The notes under the pieces: model-generated
Seen by the model: only the letters and a program-made list of their open reading frames with translations
Told to the model about the DNA's origin: nothing
Databases searched by the model: none
Origin: a virus
Virus record (IMG/VR): IMGVR_UViG_3300029121_000001
Reading direction: 5' to 3' (one strand)
Length of the DNA: 64,000 nucleotides
Made by a program: the position numbers and the translations under genes
In this document: positions 19,356 through 28,211 of the stretch, in pieces
How positions within the stretch are numbered: position 1 is the stretch's first letter
Layout: every line of letters starts with the position of its first letter

Positions 19356-22300
19356 TTACATTATTATATCTGCTGTAATAACTAGATCAGTATTTGTATC
19401 GATATAGCCATCATCATTAGGTAATAGAGATTGAGTAGGAGCTTCATATTCAGCACTAGTACCAGTAAGATCAAGAACATTATTACCATACAAACTGTAA
19501 ATATGAACAGGGCTAGCATAATATCCAGCAGGTAGAATAATATCATTACCAGCAACTATTCTAAGTTTAGAAGTGGTATATGTAGGTATATTGCCTGTAA
19601 TCTTTTGGCCATTAACCCAAGCAGTCTTAGGAGCAAGTATATCAGAAGATGTAGCATCAGATACTGTTTGTTCTGCTAGAGATTGTGTAGAAATAATACC
19701 AGATCCATTATGGAATCCACTAGGAACAGTAATTTGAACTCCAGCAGGTATTTCCAATTCAGACCAGTCCATATTATTAGGCATGGTACCGATAACTTTT
19801 TTACCATTAACCCATGCAGTCTTTGCTGTGAGAATATTATATGCAATTGCAGTACCATCTGTTTGACTAGAAAGATCTTTCAAAACAATCTTTCCATTAC
19901 CATCATGATATCCCTTAGGAATAGCAATAGTAGAACCTGCTGTAACATCATCTTTTCCAAAACCAGTATTATCAGGCATAGTGCCCGTAATCTTTTTACC
20001 ATTAACCCAAGCTGTTTTATTAATCAAAAGATTAGCAGATACAGCATCAGATACTGTTTGTTCTGCTAGAGCCTGAGTAGTAATAGTACCATATCCAGAA
20101 TAATAGCCTTCAGGAATTTGAACAGTAGTTCCGGCTGCTAGATTGATAAAAGAAGTAGAACTCTTATTAGGCATTGTACCATCTACTTTTTTACCATTAA
20201 CCCAAGCGGATTTACTAATCAAAATATCATTAGCTGTAGCATCTGCTTTTGTTTGTGTAGCTAGGTCAACAGCAGATACAATAGATTTACCACTATGATA
20301 TCCAGCAGGAATTGTATAAGAATCTCCAGCATATAGAGAAGTCATTGTATCGGGAGATTGATACATTGTACCAATAAGCTTCTGCTTAAGATTATCACTA
20401 TAGAATGTAACTCCAGAAACTACTTTATCTGCTGTAGCATTACCGGTTAATTCCAAAGTGCCAACAACTTTTTCACCGTTAACCCATGCAGTAGATCCTT
20501 TGACAATATCATCAGCAGATGCAGTGCCAGAAGTCTGTCCTCCTAATCCTTTTGCAGTAATAACACCAGATCCATCATGATATCCCTTAGGAATCTTATA
20601 TGATTCATTTGCTTCTAGTGTAGCAGACACAGCACCATTATTAGGCATTGTACCAACTATCTTAGCCTTAGGATTTGTACTATAGAAAGTTTTATCTTCT
20701 AGAACATTCTCAGATTTTGCAGATCCAGTAAAAGTAAGTGAACCAACTTGTTTCTTCTTAGGATCTGTAGTATAGAATGTAGAGCCAGCAACTACATCAT
20801 CAGATAGAGCATTGCCAGTAAGTGCAAGAGTACCAGTTCTCTTAGTCTTTGAATCAATATTGTAGAAAGTCTTTCCTACTAATACATCATCAAGAGCTGC
20901 ACTACCTGTCAATTCAAGTGTGCCTGTTACCTTTTTACCATTCACCCAAGCTGTTCTATTTTTTAGAATATCAGTATTATCTGCATTGGCTATTGTCTGA
21001 GAAGCTAGATCTTTAGATATAATAATACCAGATCCATTATGATATCCTTTAGGAACAGTATAAGATTCTCCTGCTAGTAGAGTAGAAGATACAGCACCAT
21101 TATTAGGCATTGTACCATCTACCTTTTTACCATTAACCCATGCATTCTTAGTAATAAGAATATCAGGAGATGTAGCATTAGCTTGAGTATAATCAGATAG
21201 AGGTTTTACCCAAACATTACCAGTACCATCATGATATCCTTTTTTAATTTCATAAGATTCGCCAGGACCAATAGTTACAGAAGATCCTCCATTGTTAGGC
21301 ATAGTGCCAACAATCTTTTTGCCATTAACCCAAGCAGAAGATCCTTCTAGAATAGAGTCAGAAGTTGCTGTACCAACAGTTTCAGAAGAAAGTGTTTTTG
21401 CTTTTACTTTTCCATTACCAGTATGAAATCCTTTAGCAATATCAAATATTTCTCCTTCACCAAGTTCAACAACTTTAGGATCAATCATTGGTACAGTACC
21501 AACAATCTTTTGACCATTAACCCAAGCAGTTCTATCTGCAACGAGTGAATCTGGAGTAGCACTACCAACAGTAGCATCTTTTAAAGATTGAACTTTGATT
21601 GTTGTGCGTCCAGAATAATATCCCTCGGGAATAGTAAATGTAACACCATTTCTAAGAATCCTTTCAGGATCATTACTGTGATCTGGCATAGTACCAGATC
21701 GTACTTCTGCATATACAGAAGAATAAAAATTCTTACCACTCAGAACCTGATTCTGAGTAGCATTTGTAGTTTTTAAATATTCTTTTGTATTTTGTGCAAT
21801 ATCGAATGTACCAACAATCTTTTGACCATTAACCCAGGCTATTTGTCCTTTAATAATTTGACTAGACAAAGCATTGCCTACAGTTTGAGATGCTAGATCT
21901 GCAGCTGAAATAACTGTAGTACCAGCAGATAATCCATAAGGAAAAGTATAAGACTCTCCTGCAAGAAGATTCTTATCTTTTCTAGGTAATTTAGGAATAG
22001 TACCAGTAACTTTTTTGCCATTAACCCATGCTGTTCTAGGAGAAACAATATCAGAAGCAGTAGCATCTGCTTCTTGAGTAGCTTGTTTAATATCAAGAGT
22101 ACCGGTAACCTTCTTACCATTTACCCAGAATGTCTTAGTATTGATAACATCAGCAGCTGTTGCTGTGCCAGGTGTATACTCACTAAGATCTCCTACATAT
22201 ACAGATCCTGTTCCATCATGATATCCACGTGGAATGATATATCTATTATTAGTATGGCCATCATACTTAGGATCTATCTTTATCTTTTCTGCAGTATTAA

Positions 22301-22529
22301 GAGGCATTGTACCTACCAATACATCTCTTGTTACTGCATCTTTATATGCATATTTATCTTTAACTGACGATGGAGTAGCAATAGATTCGTCAGGCTCTTG
22401 TTGTGCTAATGCATCAAGATTGTTTGCACTAGATGTATCAAAATACATTTTGCCAGCCATATGTTGATCCAACTCCTCTCCTTTAATAATATTAATATAA
22501 TGTGCGAAAGCTCCTAAGTTCAACTTCAT
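19356..22529 (-). CDS. Repeat-built tail-fibre-like protein, 1057 aa
   Basis: About 17 tandem modules carry the core (T/S)AWVNG(K/Q)K(V/I)xGT(M/L)P or its TFY...K.GT variant, alternating with (A)GESYT(I/V)PKGYH(D/N)GSG...L(A/S)SQT. No SD before the ATG at 22529. An alternative ATG at 22460 lies 12 nt after GGAGAGGAG. Confidence 0.75.
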   Translation of the reverse strand: MKLNLGAFAHYINIIKGEELDQHMAGKMYFDTSSANNLDALAQQEPDESIATPSSVKDKYAYKDAVTRDVLVGTMPLNTAEKIKIDPKYDGHTNNRYIIPRGYHDGTGSVYVGDLSEYTPGTATAADVINTKTFWVNGKKVTGTLDIKQATQEADATASDIVSPRTAWVNGKKVTGTIPKLPRKDKNLLAGESYTFPYGLSAGTTVISAADLASQTVGNALSSQIIKGQIAWVNGQKIVGTFDIAQNTKEYLKTTNATQNQVLSGKNFYSSVYAEVRSGTMPDHSNDPERILRNGVTFTIPEGYYSGRTTIKVQSLKDATVGSATPDSLVADRTAWVNGQKIVGTVPMIDPKVVELGEGEIFDIAKGFHTGNGKVKAKTLSSETVGTATSDSILEGSSAWVNGKKIVGTMPNNGGSSVTIGPGESYEIKKGYHDGTGNVWVKPLSDYTQANATSPDILITKNAWVNGKKVDGTMPNNGAVSSTLLAGESYTVPKGYHNGSGIIISKDLASQTIANADNTDILKNRTAWVNGKKVTGTLELTGSAALDDVLVGKTFYNIDSKTKRTGTLALTGNALSDDVVAGSTFYTTDPKKKQVGSLTFTGSAKSENVLEDKTFYSTNPKAKIVGTMPNNGAVSATLEANESYKIPKGYHDGSGVITAKGLGGQTSGTASADDIVKGSTAWVNGEKVVGTLELTGNATADKVVSGVTFYSDNLKQKLIGTMYQSPDTMTSLYAGDSYTIPAGYHSGKSIVSAVDLATQTKADATANDILISKSAWVNGKKVDGTMPNKSSTSFINLAAGTTVQIPEGYYSGYGTITTQALAEQTVSDAVSANLLINKTAWVNGKKITGTMPDNTGFGKDDVTAGSTIAIPKGYHDGNGKIVLKDLSSQTDGTAIAYNILTAKTAWVNGKKVIGTMPNNMDWSELEIPAGVQITVPSGFHNGSGIISTQSLAEQTVSDATSSDILAPKTAWVNGQKITGNIPTYTTSKLRIVAGNDIILPAGYYASPVHIYSLYGNNVLDLTGTSAEYEAPTQSLLPNDDGYIDTNTDLVITADIIM

Positions 22530-22569
22530 AGTAATTTAGAGACATTTCCATACAGGGAGGTAAAACATT

Positions 22570-23883
22570 ATGCCCTTTACTGATTCTATTAATATCGTAA
22601 ATGTAGTTGTTACAGATAGATCTTTACTAAATGCTACACCTTCTGATGTTGCACAAGGTAAACAATTTATTGGTTCTACTCAGCATGTAGAAACAGGTAC
22701 AGTTCCTGTAAATAATCCTATCTCTGATATGACACTTCCTGCTGGTAGTACTCTTACAGTACCTTATGGTATCAATCCCAAACAATTTACTATCACTGCA
22801 CAAAGTATTGGAAGTGTAACTGCTGATGCAGATGCTACAGATGAAGACATCCTATGGGGAAAGACTGCTTGGGTTAATGGCCAAAAAATAAAAGGAGCTA
22901 TGCCTAACATTGGAGCAGAAAATGATATTATCCTATGTGATAACGTTCATACTATCTCTAGAGGATATCATGATGGCAATGGTGTTATTAGAGCCGAATC
23001 TCTAATGAAACAAACTCCTGCTTCAATTGTAGCTAAAGATATCATTGTTGGCTCTACATGTTGGGCAAATGGTAAGAAGATTACAGGAACAATGCCTGTA
23101 ATTAAAGATAATAGTGTTACTCGTGCATTGTATGCAGGAGAATCTTATACAGTTCCTGAAGGATATCACAGTGGTAAAGCTGTAATAAGTGCTGCTTCTC
23201 TAGCATCTCAAACTGGTGGTAATGCTATACCTGAAACCATTATTGAAGGATATACTGCTTGGGTTAATGGTCAGATGGTTAATGGTACAATTAAAAAGAT
23301 TAATCCAGAAAAAATTACTCTAGAAACTAATAAAACTTATTATATTCCTGCTGGATATCATACAGGAAAAGGATATGTAACTCAAAATGTTCCTAATATG
23401 GATGGTCAAACTGTTGCTCCTGGAAAGGATGCTCAGACCATTGAATGTGGCGGTTACTACATGAATAGTGATATTATTATTTCTGGAGTAGATGCTCTAA
23501 ATTATAGATTTCTCAATAATGATCCAGTAATAAATTCTTCTAATAAAGAGATTACTAATTATAATCTTACAGTAGAAAATAATTATGCTAGTGTTAAAGT
23601 CAATGTCGATAACTGGCATGATAATGCTACATTAAATGTATATAATTTGATATTTGATAATCTAATTGATTCTAATGGTAATAGAGTTAATCTAAATACC
23701 ACAGTTGTATTTAACTGGAAAGATCAATCCACAAATATTTATACATTAGGAAATATCACCATTGGTACTAAATATGAAGAAAATACTAATGCTCATATGA
23801 TCATTATTGGTGGTATTAAGAGTGGTATTCTAACTATGACTGAAGTTTTCTCTGCTCGTCAATTTGGTGTTATAAAAGAATAA
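22570..23883 (+). CDS. Second tail-fibre-like protein, 437 aa, same WVNG/GYH(D/S/T)G modules plus a unique C-terminal domain
   Basis: AGGGAGG SD. Contains TAWVNGQKIKGAMPN, TCWANGKKITGTMP, TAWVNGQMVNGTI. Divergent from 19356-22529 with only 40 bp between the starts. Confidence 0.75.
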   Translation: MPFTDSINIVNVVVTDRSLLNATPSDVAQGKQFIGSTQHVETGTVPVNNPISDMTLPAGSTLTVPYGINPKQFTITAQSIGSVTADADATDEDILWGKTAWVNGQKIKGAMPNIGAENDIILCDNVHTISRGYHDGNGVIRAESLMKQTPASIVAKDIIVGSTCWANGKKITGTMPVIKDNSVTRALYAGESYTVPEGYHSGKAVISAASLASQTGGNAIPETIIEGYTAWVNGQMVNGTIKKINPEKITLETNKTYYIPAGYHTGKGYVTQNVPNMDGQTVAPGKDAQTIECGGYYMNSDIIISGVDALNYRFLNNDPVINSSNKEITNYNLTVENNYASVKVNVDNWHDNATLNVYNLIFDNLIDSNGNRVNLNTTVVFNWKDQSTNIYTLGNITIGTKYEENTNAHMIIIGGIKSGILTMTEVFSARQFGVIKE

Positions 23884-23888
23884 AATTT

Positions 23889-23913
23889 GGGAGTAGGATT
23901 TTATCCTACTCCC
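23889..23913. terminator. Bidirectional hairpin terminator
   Basis: gggagtagga-tttta-tcctactccc between convergent genes. Confidence 0.7.
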
Positions 23914-23919
23914 ATTTGT

Positions 23920-24318
23920 TTACTTAATCTTATTCAGAAGACAATTAATAGTTGCATATAGAGTATAAGATAGCTTAGGTACTGTACCATTTACAGTATA
24001 TTTATAATGTGCTTTAATGCTTTCTTTAGCATTATTAAGAGTTTTTAATATATCATCTTTTAGATTATATCCATCATCTATCCATACCATATTTGTTTCT
24101 CTAAAATATGTACTACATAATTTTGTAAATCCTCTGGAAATTGCATATGCATCAATAGTCTCATTGTCAATCTCTACTCTAGGAGTTTCAATAGCAGTGA
24201 ACATATCACTCGTTGTTGAAATAAAAATTCCTAGTGATTCAATATACAAGAGATAGCAATACTTGTTATAATCTGCATATAGATCATTATAATAGATTCT
24301 TATATTCATATTATTCAT
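23920..24318 (-). CDS. Hypothetical protein, 132 aa
   Basis: ORF with an AAGAGG SD. Confidence 0.65.
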   Translation of the reverse strand: MNNMNIRIYYNDLYADYNKYCYLLYIESLGIFISTTSDMFTAIETPRVEIDNETIDAYAISRGFTKLCSTYFRETNMVWIDDGYNLKDDILKTLNNAKESIKAHYKYTVNGTVPKLSYTLYATINCLLNKIK

Positions 24319-24412
24319 TAATATTACCTCTTATTAAATACTAGGTGATGGATTATCTATATGTTTTGTACCAGAAAAACATCCTTATAAACTTATAAAG
24401 GAGGTAACCACG

Positions 24413-25606
24413 GTGGCTAAAAAGAAAAAAGAATATCTTATCGAAGATACTATTATTATAGATAATATATATCCTCTTGTAGAATCTAATCTAAATACTA
24501 GAGTTTCATCACTAAAGAAATGTATTGAGCGATTCATTAATTCTAGGCAAGCTGCTCTATATGATTATGCTCCAGTAGATAGAATCTATTTTAAGAAAAG
24601 TGATGTCAATGATTTCTTCAAGAGCATTAATGTAGATCTGAAAACTGTCACCAATATTCTTCCTAATTTGTATTATTGGAAAGAGGATGAACTTCAGGCA
24701 TGTAAAGATGAATTTTCTCTTACAGCTTTAATGGCTCTTAGGTATCTACTTAGAGAAAAGAAAGATAAGAATATTATTGAACTTACTGCAATTTATATTG
24801 CATTTTCTGGTAAATTCTATGCATCTTGTCATTATCAACAATGGCCTCATTATACTCCTAAAAGAGAAGTCATGGATTATGTTGTTAATTATATGCTTTC
24901 TCAGAAATATGATCTTGTTAAAGAGAAATCGGTATTTGGAGCTATAAGAAATCTAGTTCTTACTTGGCTTGGCAGATATAAAGATGAATTAGCATCTGAT
25001 ATTACTGATGAAAGATTATGCTATATAATTCATCAATTACATAATAGAATTCAAGCATCTCTTAGAAATATAGCAAATCTTTATTATAAAGCTTATGACA
25101 ATAAACTTTATTTGAATAAAGAGTCTGATAATTATGATAAAGAAGATTACAGAATAGCTAATAATAATTCTACTGTTATTTCTAATATCACAGAAAGAAC
25201 AATGAATTATTTTGTTAGTACTCAAATCAGTATTAATGTATGCTATAGTGTATCTGGATCTGGTGTTGATCCTTATGATGTAAAAGCAATCTTTGAAAAT
25301 ATTCTTAATAGTAATGAAGCTCTTGATGATCTTAGAACTGTTATTAATACTCTACTTACAGATTTCTGTAGTAAGTATCCTGAAGAAAAAGATCTTACTG
25401 GAACCAATTTCATTGCTAATAGTATTACAATGAAGCCTAATACTAAAGATAAAAATATTATTGAAATGAAGAATATTATTCTAGGCTGGCTTAACACTAG
25501 TGATAGATATAGACATATTAAAACTCAAGCTACAAAAAATAATTACTATAAAGCTATTCTTAGTTATATTGCAATCACTGTAAATATAGCTAATAAACAA
25601 TCTTAA
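24413..25606 (+). CDS. Hypothetical protein, 397 aa
   Basis: GTG start 6 nt after AAAGGAGG. Followed within 17 nt by the next gene. Confidence 0.7.
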   Translation: MAKKKKEYLIEDTIIIDNIYPLVESNLNTRVSSLKKCIERFINSRQAALYDYAPVDRIYFKKSDVNDFFKSINVDLKTVTNILPNLYYWKEDELQACKDEFSLTALMALRYLLREKKDKNIIELTAIYIAFSGKFYASCHYQQWPHYTPKREVMDYVVNYMLSQKYDLVKEKSVFGAIRNLVLTWLGRYKDELASDITDERLCYIIHQLHNRIQASLRNIANLYYKAYDNKLYLNKESDNYDKEDYRIANNNSTVISNITERTMNYFVSTQISINVCYSVSGSGVDPYDVKAIFENILNSNEALDDLRTVINTLLTDFCSKYPEEKDLTGTNFIANSITMKPNTKDKNIIEMKNIILGWLNTSDRYRHIKTQATKNNYYKAILSYIAITVNIANKQS

Positions 25607-25623
25607 AGGAGAAAGAAGTAACT

Positions 25624-26367
25624 ATGCCAAAAACTATAACTCCTGAAATTCGTCAAAAATGTGAAGAGATTATTTATAAAACATTTTCTGCAATTGATCC
25701 TACTGGTGCTAATACAGAATATTATCAAAAACTATTTGCAGATATGTCTGATGCTGAATTCACTAAACTAATTTCTGGTAGACTTCCTTTTAGATATCAT
25801 GTAGCTCCTTTTGATAATGAGCCTAAGATGCCTGATATATTTAAGGCATTTAAAGTTCTTGGTAAACCTCTAATGGAAACTGTTAAGCTTCCTTATCTAG
25901 CAAAAAATGCTGATGGTACACCTATCGAAAGTCAAGAGTGTATGGTAGGATATTTAAATATCAAACGTCTAAAGCAGATGCTTACCAAAAAGAATAATAC
26001 TGCTATTGAAATTGCTAAGCGTGATATGAAACTAACTGGCAGACTTCAGAGTACAGATAAGGGTGGTCTAGAATCAAATAAGGAATTCGAGGGAGCAATG
26101 GCTCTAAACCTAGAGAATACTACTGTAGAATATGCTCGTGTTAAAGCTGCTGCTATGAAATCTAAAGCGGAAGCTTATAATACAATCAATGTTAAGGGTG
26201 AAGTTAGTTTCAATGATATTGATATGGATAAAAATGATAGTATTCCTAAGAATGCTATGAATGTGTATCTAATCGGTGCTAATATTCATAGTAATCTTAT
26301 TGATGAAAATTATTATACTCCATATACATTGGAACGTCATGCTAAACGTCTAGAAAGAAATAATTAA
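25624..26367 (+). CDS. Possible RNA polymerase beta-subunit C-terminal fragment, 247 aa
   Basis: MVGYLNIKRLKQMLTKK...KLTGRLQSTDKGGLESNKEFEGAMAL aligns loosely by eye with the bacterial beta segment VGYMYMLKLNHLVDDK...[24 protein letters not shown]. Weak, and needs a profile search. Confidence 0.35.
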   Translation: MPKTITPEIRQKCEEIIYKTFSAIDPTGANTEYYQKLFADMSDAEFTKLISGRLPFRYHVAPFDNEPKMPDIFKAFKVLGKPLMETVKLPYLAKNADGTPIESQECMVGYLNIKRLKQMLTKKNNTAIEIAKRDMKLTGRLQSTDKGGLESNKEFEGAMALNLENTTVEYARVKAAAMKSKAEAYNTINVKGEVSFNDIDMDKNDSIPKNAMNVYLIGANIHSNLIDENYYTPYTLERHAKRLERNN

Positions 26368-26379
26368 AAAAAAAATAAA

Positions 26380-26408
26380 ACCGGTAGAGGATTAAATCCT
26401 CTACCGGT
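26380..26408. terminator. Bidirectional hairpin terminator
   Basis: accggtagagga-ttaaa-tcctctaccggt flanked by A10 and T5. Confidence 0.75.
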
Positions 26409-26513
26409 CTTTTTAGGAGAAAATATTATGCCAACCAATATCCATCGTAGCAATGATATCGGCTAAATAAGATATCCAACCAGCACCGAAATCAGATATC
26501 TTTAATATTATGT

Positions 26514-26774
26514 TTAAATATAAAGTATTTTAGAAGTGACTTTTCCTGAATATTCAGCTTGTAGACGTATCAATATAAAATAGCCTTTATTATCTTCATT
26601 ACGCTCCATATAAATGCCTGATATTGTAAATGGATGACTAGTATTATCACTAACATCTTTTATATATATTATTTGTAATGGAATTTTTGGATCTGGTACA
26701 TAATATATTGCTAACGTGCCACGCTGTACAGTAGTAATTGCGTCATCTATTTTAATTTTAGTAGAAGCGTCATT
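26514..26774 (-). CDS. Start-less cassette ORF 1 (NDASTKIK...KILYI), 86 codons
   Basis: Open frame beginning 2 codons after the TAA of cassette 2, in the same frame. Box variant TAATGACGCTTCTAC. First in-frame ATG is about codon 57. No SD. Confidence 0.5.
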   Translation of the reverse strand, partial: NDASTKIKIDDAITTVQRGTLAIYYVPDPKIPLQIIYIKDVSDNTSHPFTISGIYMERNEDNKGYFILIRLQAEYSGKVTSKILYI

Positions 26775-26776
26775 AT
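26757..26776 (-). repeat. Cassette box, copy 1 (TAAT-GACGCTTCTACTAAAAT)
   Basis: GACGCTTCTAC is identical to the other copies. The CT of CTGACG is missing. Confidence 0.8.
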
Positions 26777-26780
26777 GCTT

Positions 26781-27014
26781 TTAAATATATATTATATTTG
26801 CATAGGTGCTATATTTATCAAAATAAAATGTATCATTACCACTACCATGTGCATATGCAGCATATAGTTTATTATTATATTTATATATACCAGAATATTC
26901 TTCTCTAATTGATGGTGAATTTAATAAATCGTATCCTATTATTATACCTGCTAGTACATATCCTTTGGTTGCATCGATATATATTCCATCAAGCCTTTTT
27001 ATAGAAGCGTCAGA
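26781..27014 (-). CDS. Start-less cassette ORF 2 (SDASIKRL...ANIIYI), 77 codons
   Basis: Opens directly after TAA (27017-27015). No in-frame ATG, GTG or TTG anywhere and no SD. Closest paralogue is 44915-45139. Confidence 0.55.
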   Translation of the reverse strand, partial: SDASIKRLDGIYIDATKGYVLAGIIIGYDLLNSPSIREEYSGIYKYNNKLYAAYAHGSGNDTFYFDKYSTYANIIYI

Positions 27015-27018
27015 TTAT
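27001..27018 (-). repeat. Cassette box, copy 2 (ATAATCTGACGCTTCTAT)
   Basis: Preceded in the minus sense by the hairpin at 27034-27059 and T9. Confidence 0.85.
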
Positions 27019-27033
27019 AAAAAAAAATAAAAA

Positions 27034-27059
27034 GGAGTGAAGAGTAAAATCTTCACTCC
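27034..27059 (-). terminator. Hairpin terminator immediately upstream of cassette 2
   Basis: ggagtgaag-agtaaaat-cttcactcc followed by TTTTTATTTTTTTTT in the minus sense. Confidence 0.7.
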
Positions 27060-27066
27060 TTTTATC

Positions 27067-27237
27067 TTATTTGAAGAATATATTAAATGTGTCCATGTCT
27101 GGACCGTTGACCATTACACGTACATTTCGTGCACACACACAACATGGTCCGATGCAGTATTGTTCTCTGCAAGAGCAGTGGCAGCTCTTTTCATCTGCAG
27201 CAATTGCATAATTGCTACCATATGTATAAACTACTTT
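27067..27237 (-). other. 56-codon Cys-rich open frame continuing in frame after the TGA of 27238-27402 (no start of its own)
   Basis: KVVYTYGSNYAIAADEKSCHCSCREQYCIGPCCVCARNVRVMVNGPDMDTFNIFFK, then TAA. Locally raised GC. No SD and no ATG until codon 42. Confidence 0.4.
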
Positions 27238-27402
27238 TCATCCTTTAAAAGGAGGAATATAGTTCTCAACATCGATCGGGACAAATGCTCCGGATAGGAA
27301 ATCCAGTTCATTGATCCCGAGGATCTTGCACCTCCTAATATATTCTTCTTTACCGATTTTAAAATCGATGGGTTTACGACTCATGCGTAATACGTCAGCC
27401 AT
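27238..27402 (-). CDS. Hypothetical protein, 54 aa (MADVLRMSRKPIDF...)
   Basis: The ATG at 27402 follows AAGGAGG by 7 nt. TGA stop at 27240-27238. Confidence 0.65.
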   Translation of the reverse strand: MADVLRMSRKPIDFKIGKEEYIRRCKILGINELDFLSGAFVPIDVENYIPPFKG

Positions 27403-27472
27403 AATAGTCCTCCTTAAGACTTTCAATATAATGAATATTCTTTCTAAGAAGGAATACATTTATCCTTCTTAT

Positions 27473-27489
27473 CACTTTTATAATATATC
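27473..27489 (-). promoter_or_regulatory. Promoter-like box variant GATATATTATAAaaGTG
   Basis: About 71-76 nt upstream of the 27402 start. Confidence 0.35.
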
Positions 27490-27504
27490 AGTGAAATATT
27501 AAAA

Positions 27505-27535
27505 AATGAAATAGGATATAAAATCCTATTTCATT
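27505..27535 (-). terminator. Hairpin terminator
   Basis: aatgaaatagga-tataaaa-tcctatttcatt. Confidence 0.7.
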
Positions 27536-27540
27536 TATAT

Positions 27541-28185
27541 TTAATTTCCTTTAGTACTCTTAACACCAAAGCTTATAGCATCATCTTCCCTATCAGGTCC
27601 TACCATGAACTTAGCTTTGATATTCCTATCTTCAAGAATTTCATTAACTTTCTTTACATAGTTATGAGCATCCTTTTCATAATTCTCACTACCGTGATCC
27701 TTAAAATCAGGATATCCACTATAAGTATCACCATTCATAAGTTCGATAAATGCTTTCGGAGAACTACTGTAGTATTTACCAAAAGAAGATTCTCGTTCAC
27801 CCTCATCATTAATATGATCTTTATCATTAAGATCAACATAATCACAACATCTTTTCAACTTTGGAAAATCCATTAAAGTAGATGTAGCAATTGTCATGAT
27901 TCTACGAATTTCTTCTTTTGTCAAATGCTCAGGAGTTTGTTCTTTTTTCTCTTCACTTTTGTTCTTATCAGATTCAGACTTTGAATCTGAAGAAGATGAT
28001 TTCTTATCGTTTGATTTAGAAGAAGTTTTTTCTTTTTTATCGTCTTCTTCATCATCTTCCTCGTCGTCATCCTCATCTTCGTCATCATCATTATCTTCAT
28101 CTTTATCATCGTCATCATCCAAATATTGTGCATATTTAGAAACATATTTTTCATTCAAGATAAACTTTTTGTTGAATATAGACAT
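27541..28185 (-). CDS. Acidic/Ser-Lys low-complexity protein, 214 aa
   Basis: AGGAG SD. DDDDKDEDNDDDEDEDDDEEDDEEDD followed by KKSSSSDSKSESDKNKSEEKK. Confidence 0.7.
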   Translation of the reverse strand: MSIFNKKFILNEKYVSKYAQYLDDDDDKDEDNDDDEDEDDDEEDDEEDDKKEKTSSKSNDKKSSSSDSKSESDKNKSEEKKEQTPEHLTKEEIRRIMTIATSTLMDFPKLKRCCDYVDLNDKDHINDEGERESSFGKYYSSSPKAFIELMNGDTYSGYPDFKDHGSENYEKDAHNYVKKVNEILEDRNIKAKFMVGPDREDDAISFGVKSTKGN

Positions 28186-28211
28186 AATATATTCTCCTAA
28201 AAATAAAAGAA

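Noticed and set aside
19356-23883. Diversity-generating retroelement (template/variable repeat) behind the fibre repeats.
   Set aside because: No reverse transcriptase is present in the window, and there is no TR/VR pair with adenine-specific differences. The repeats are ordinary tandem protein modules.
26420-26513. Higher-GC stretch between terminator 26380-26408 and cassette 1. It contains a 12-codon plus-strand ORF with an SD (MPTNIHRSNDIG) and a 38-codon start-less minus-strand frame containing ATATCTGAT (box-like).
   Set aside because: Both frames are too short and ambiguous to call. The similarity to the box is limited to 6-7 nt. It may be a decayed cassette remnant.
27001-27018. Cassette box acting as a sigma-70-type -35 element (CTGACG), with a -10 element 17 nt downstream.
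   Set aside because: The sequence 17 nt downstream is not conserved among copies (AATATA, AGTATA, AATAAA, GATGGA). The conserved TATAAT lies upstream of the box, not downstream.
27180-27237. Selenocysteine insertion at the in-frame TGA (27238-27240), directed by downstream hairpins.
   Set aside because: The hairpins begin about 20 nt after the UGA and lack the conserved apical features of a bacterial SECIS. No sel genes are seen here. It is kept only as a low-probability option in the finding.
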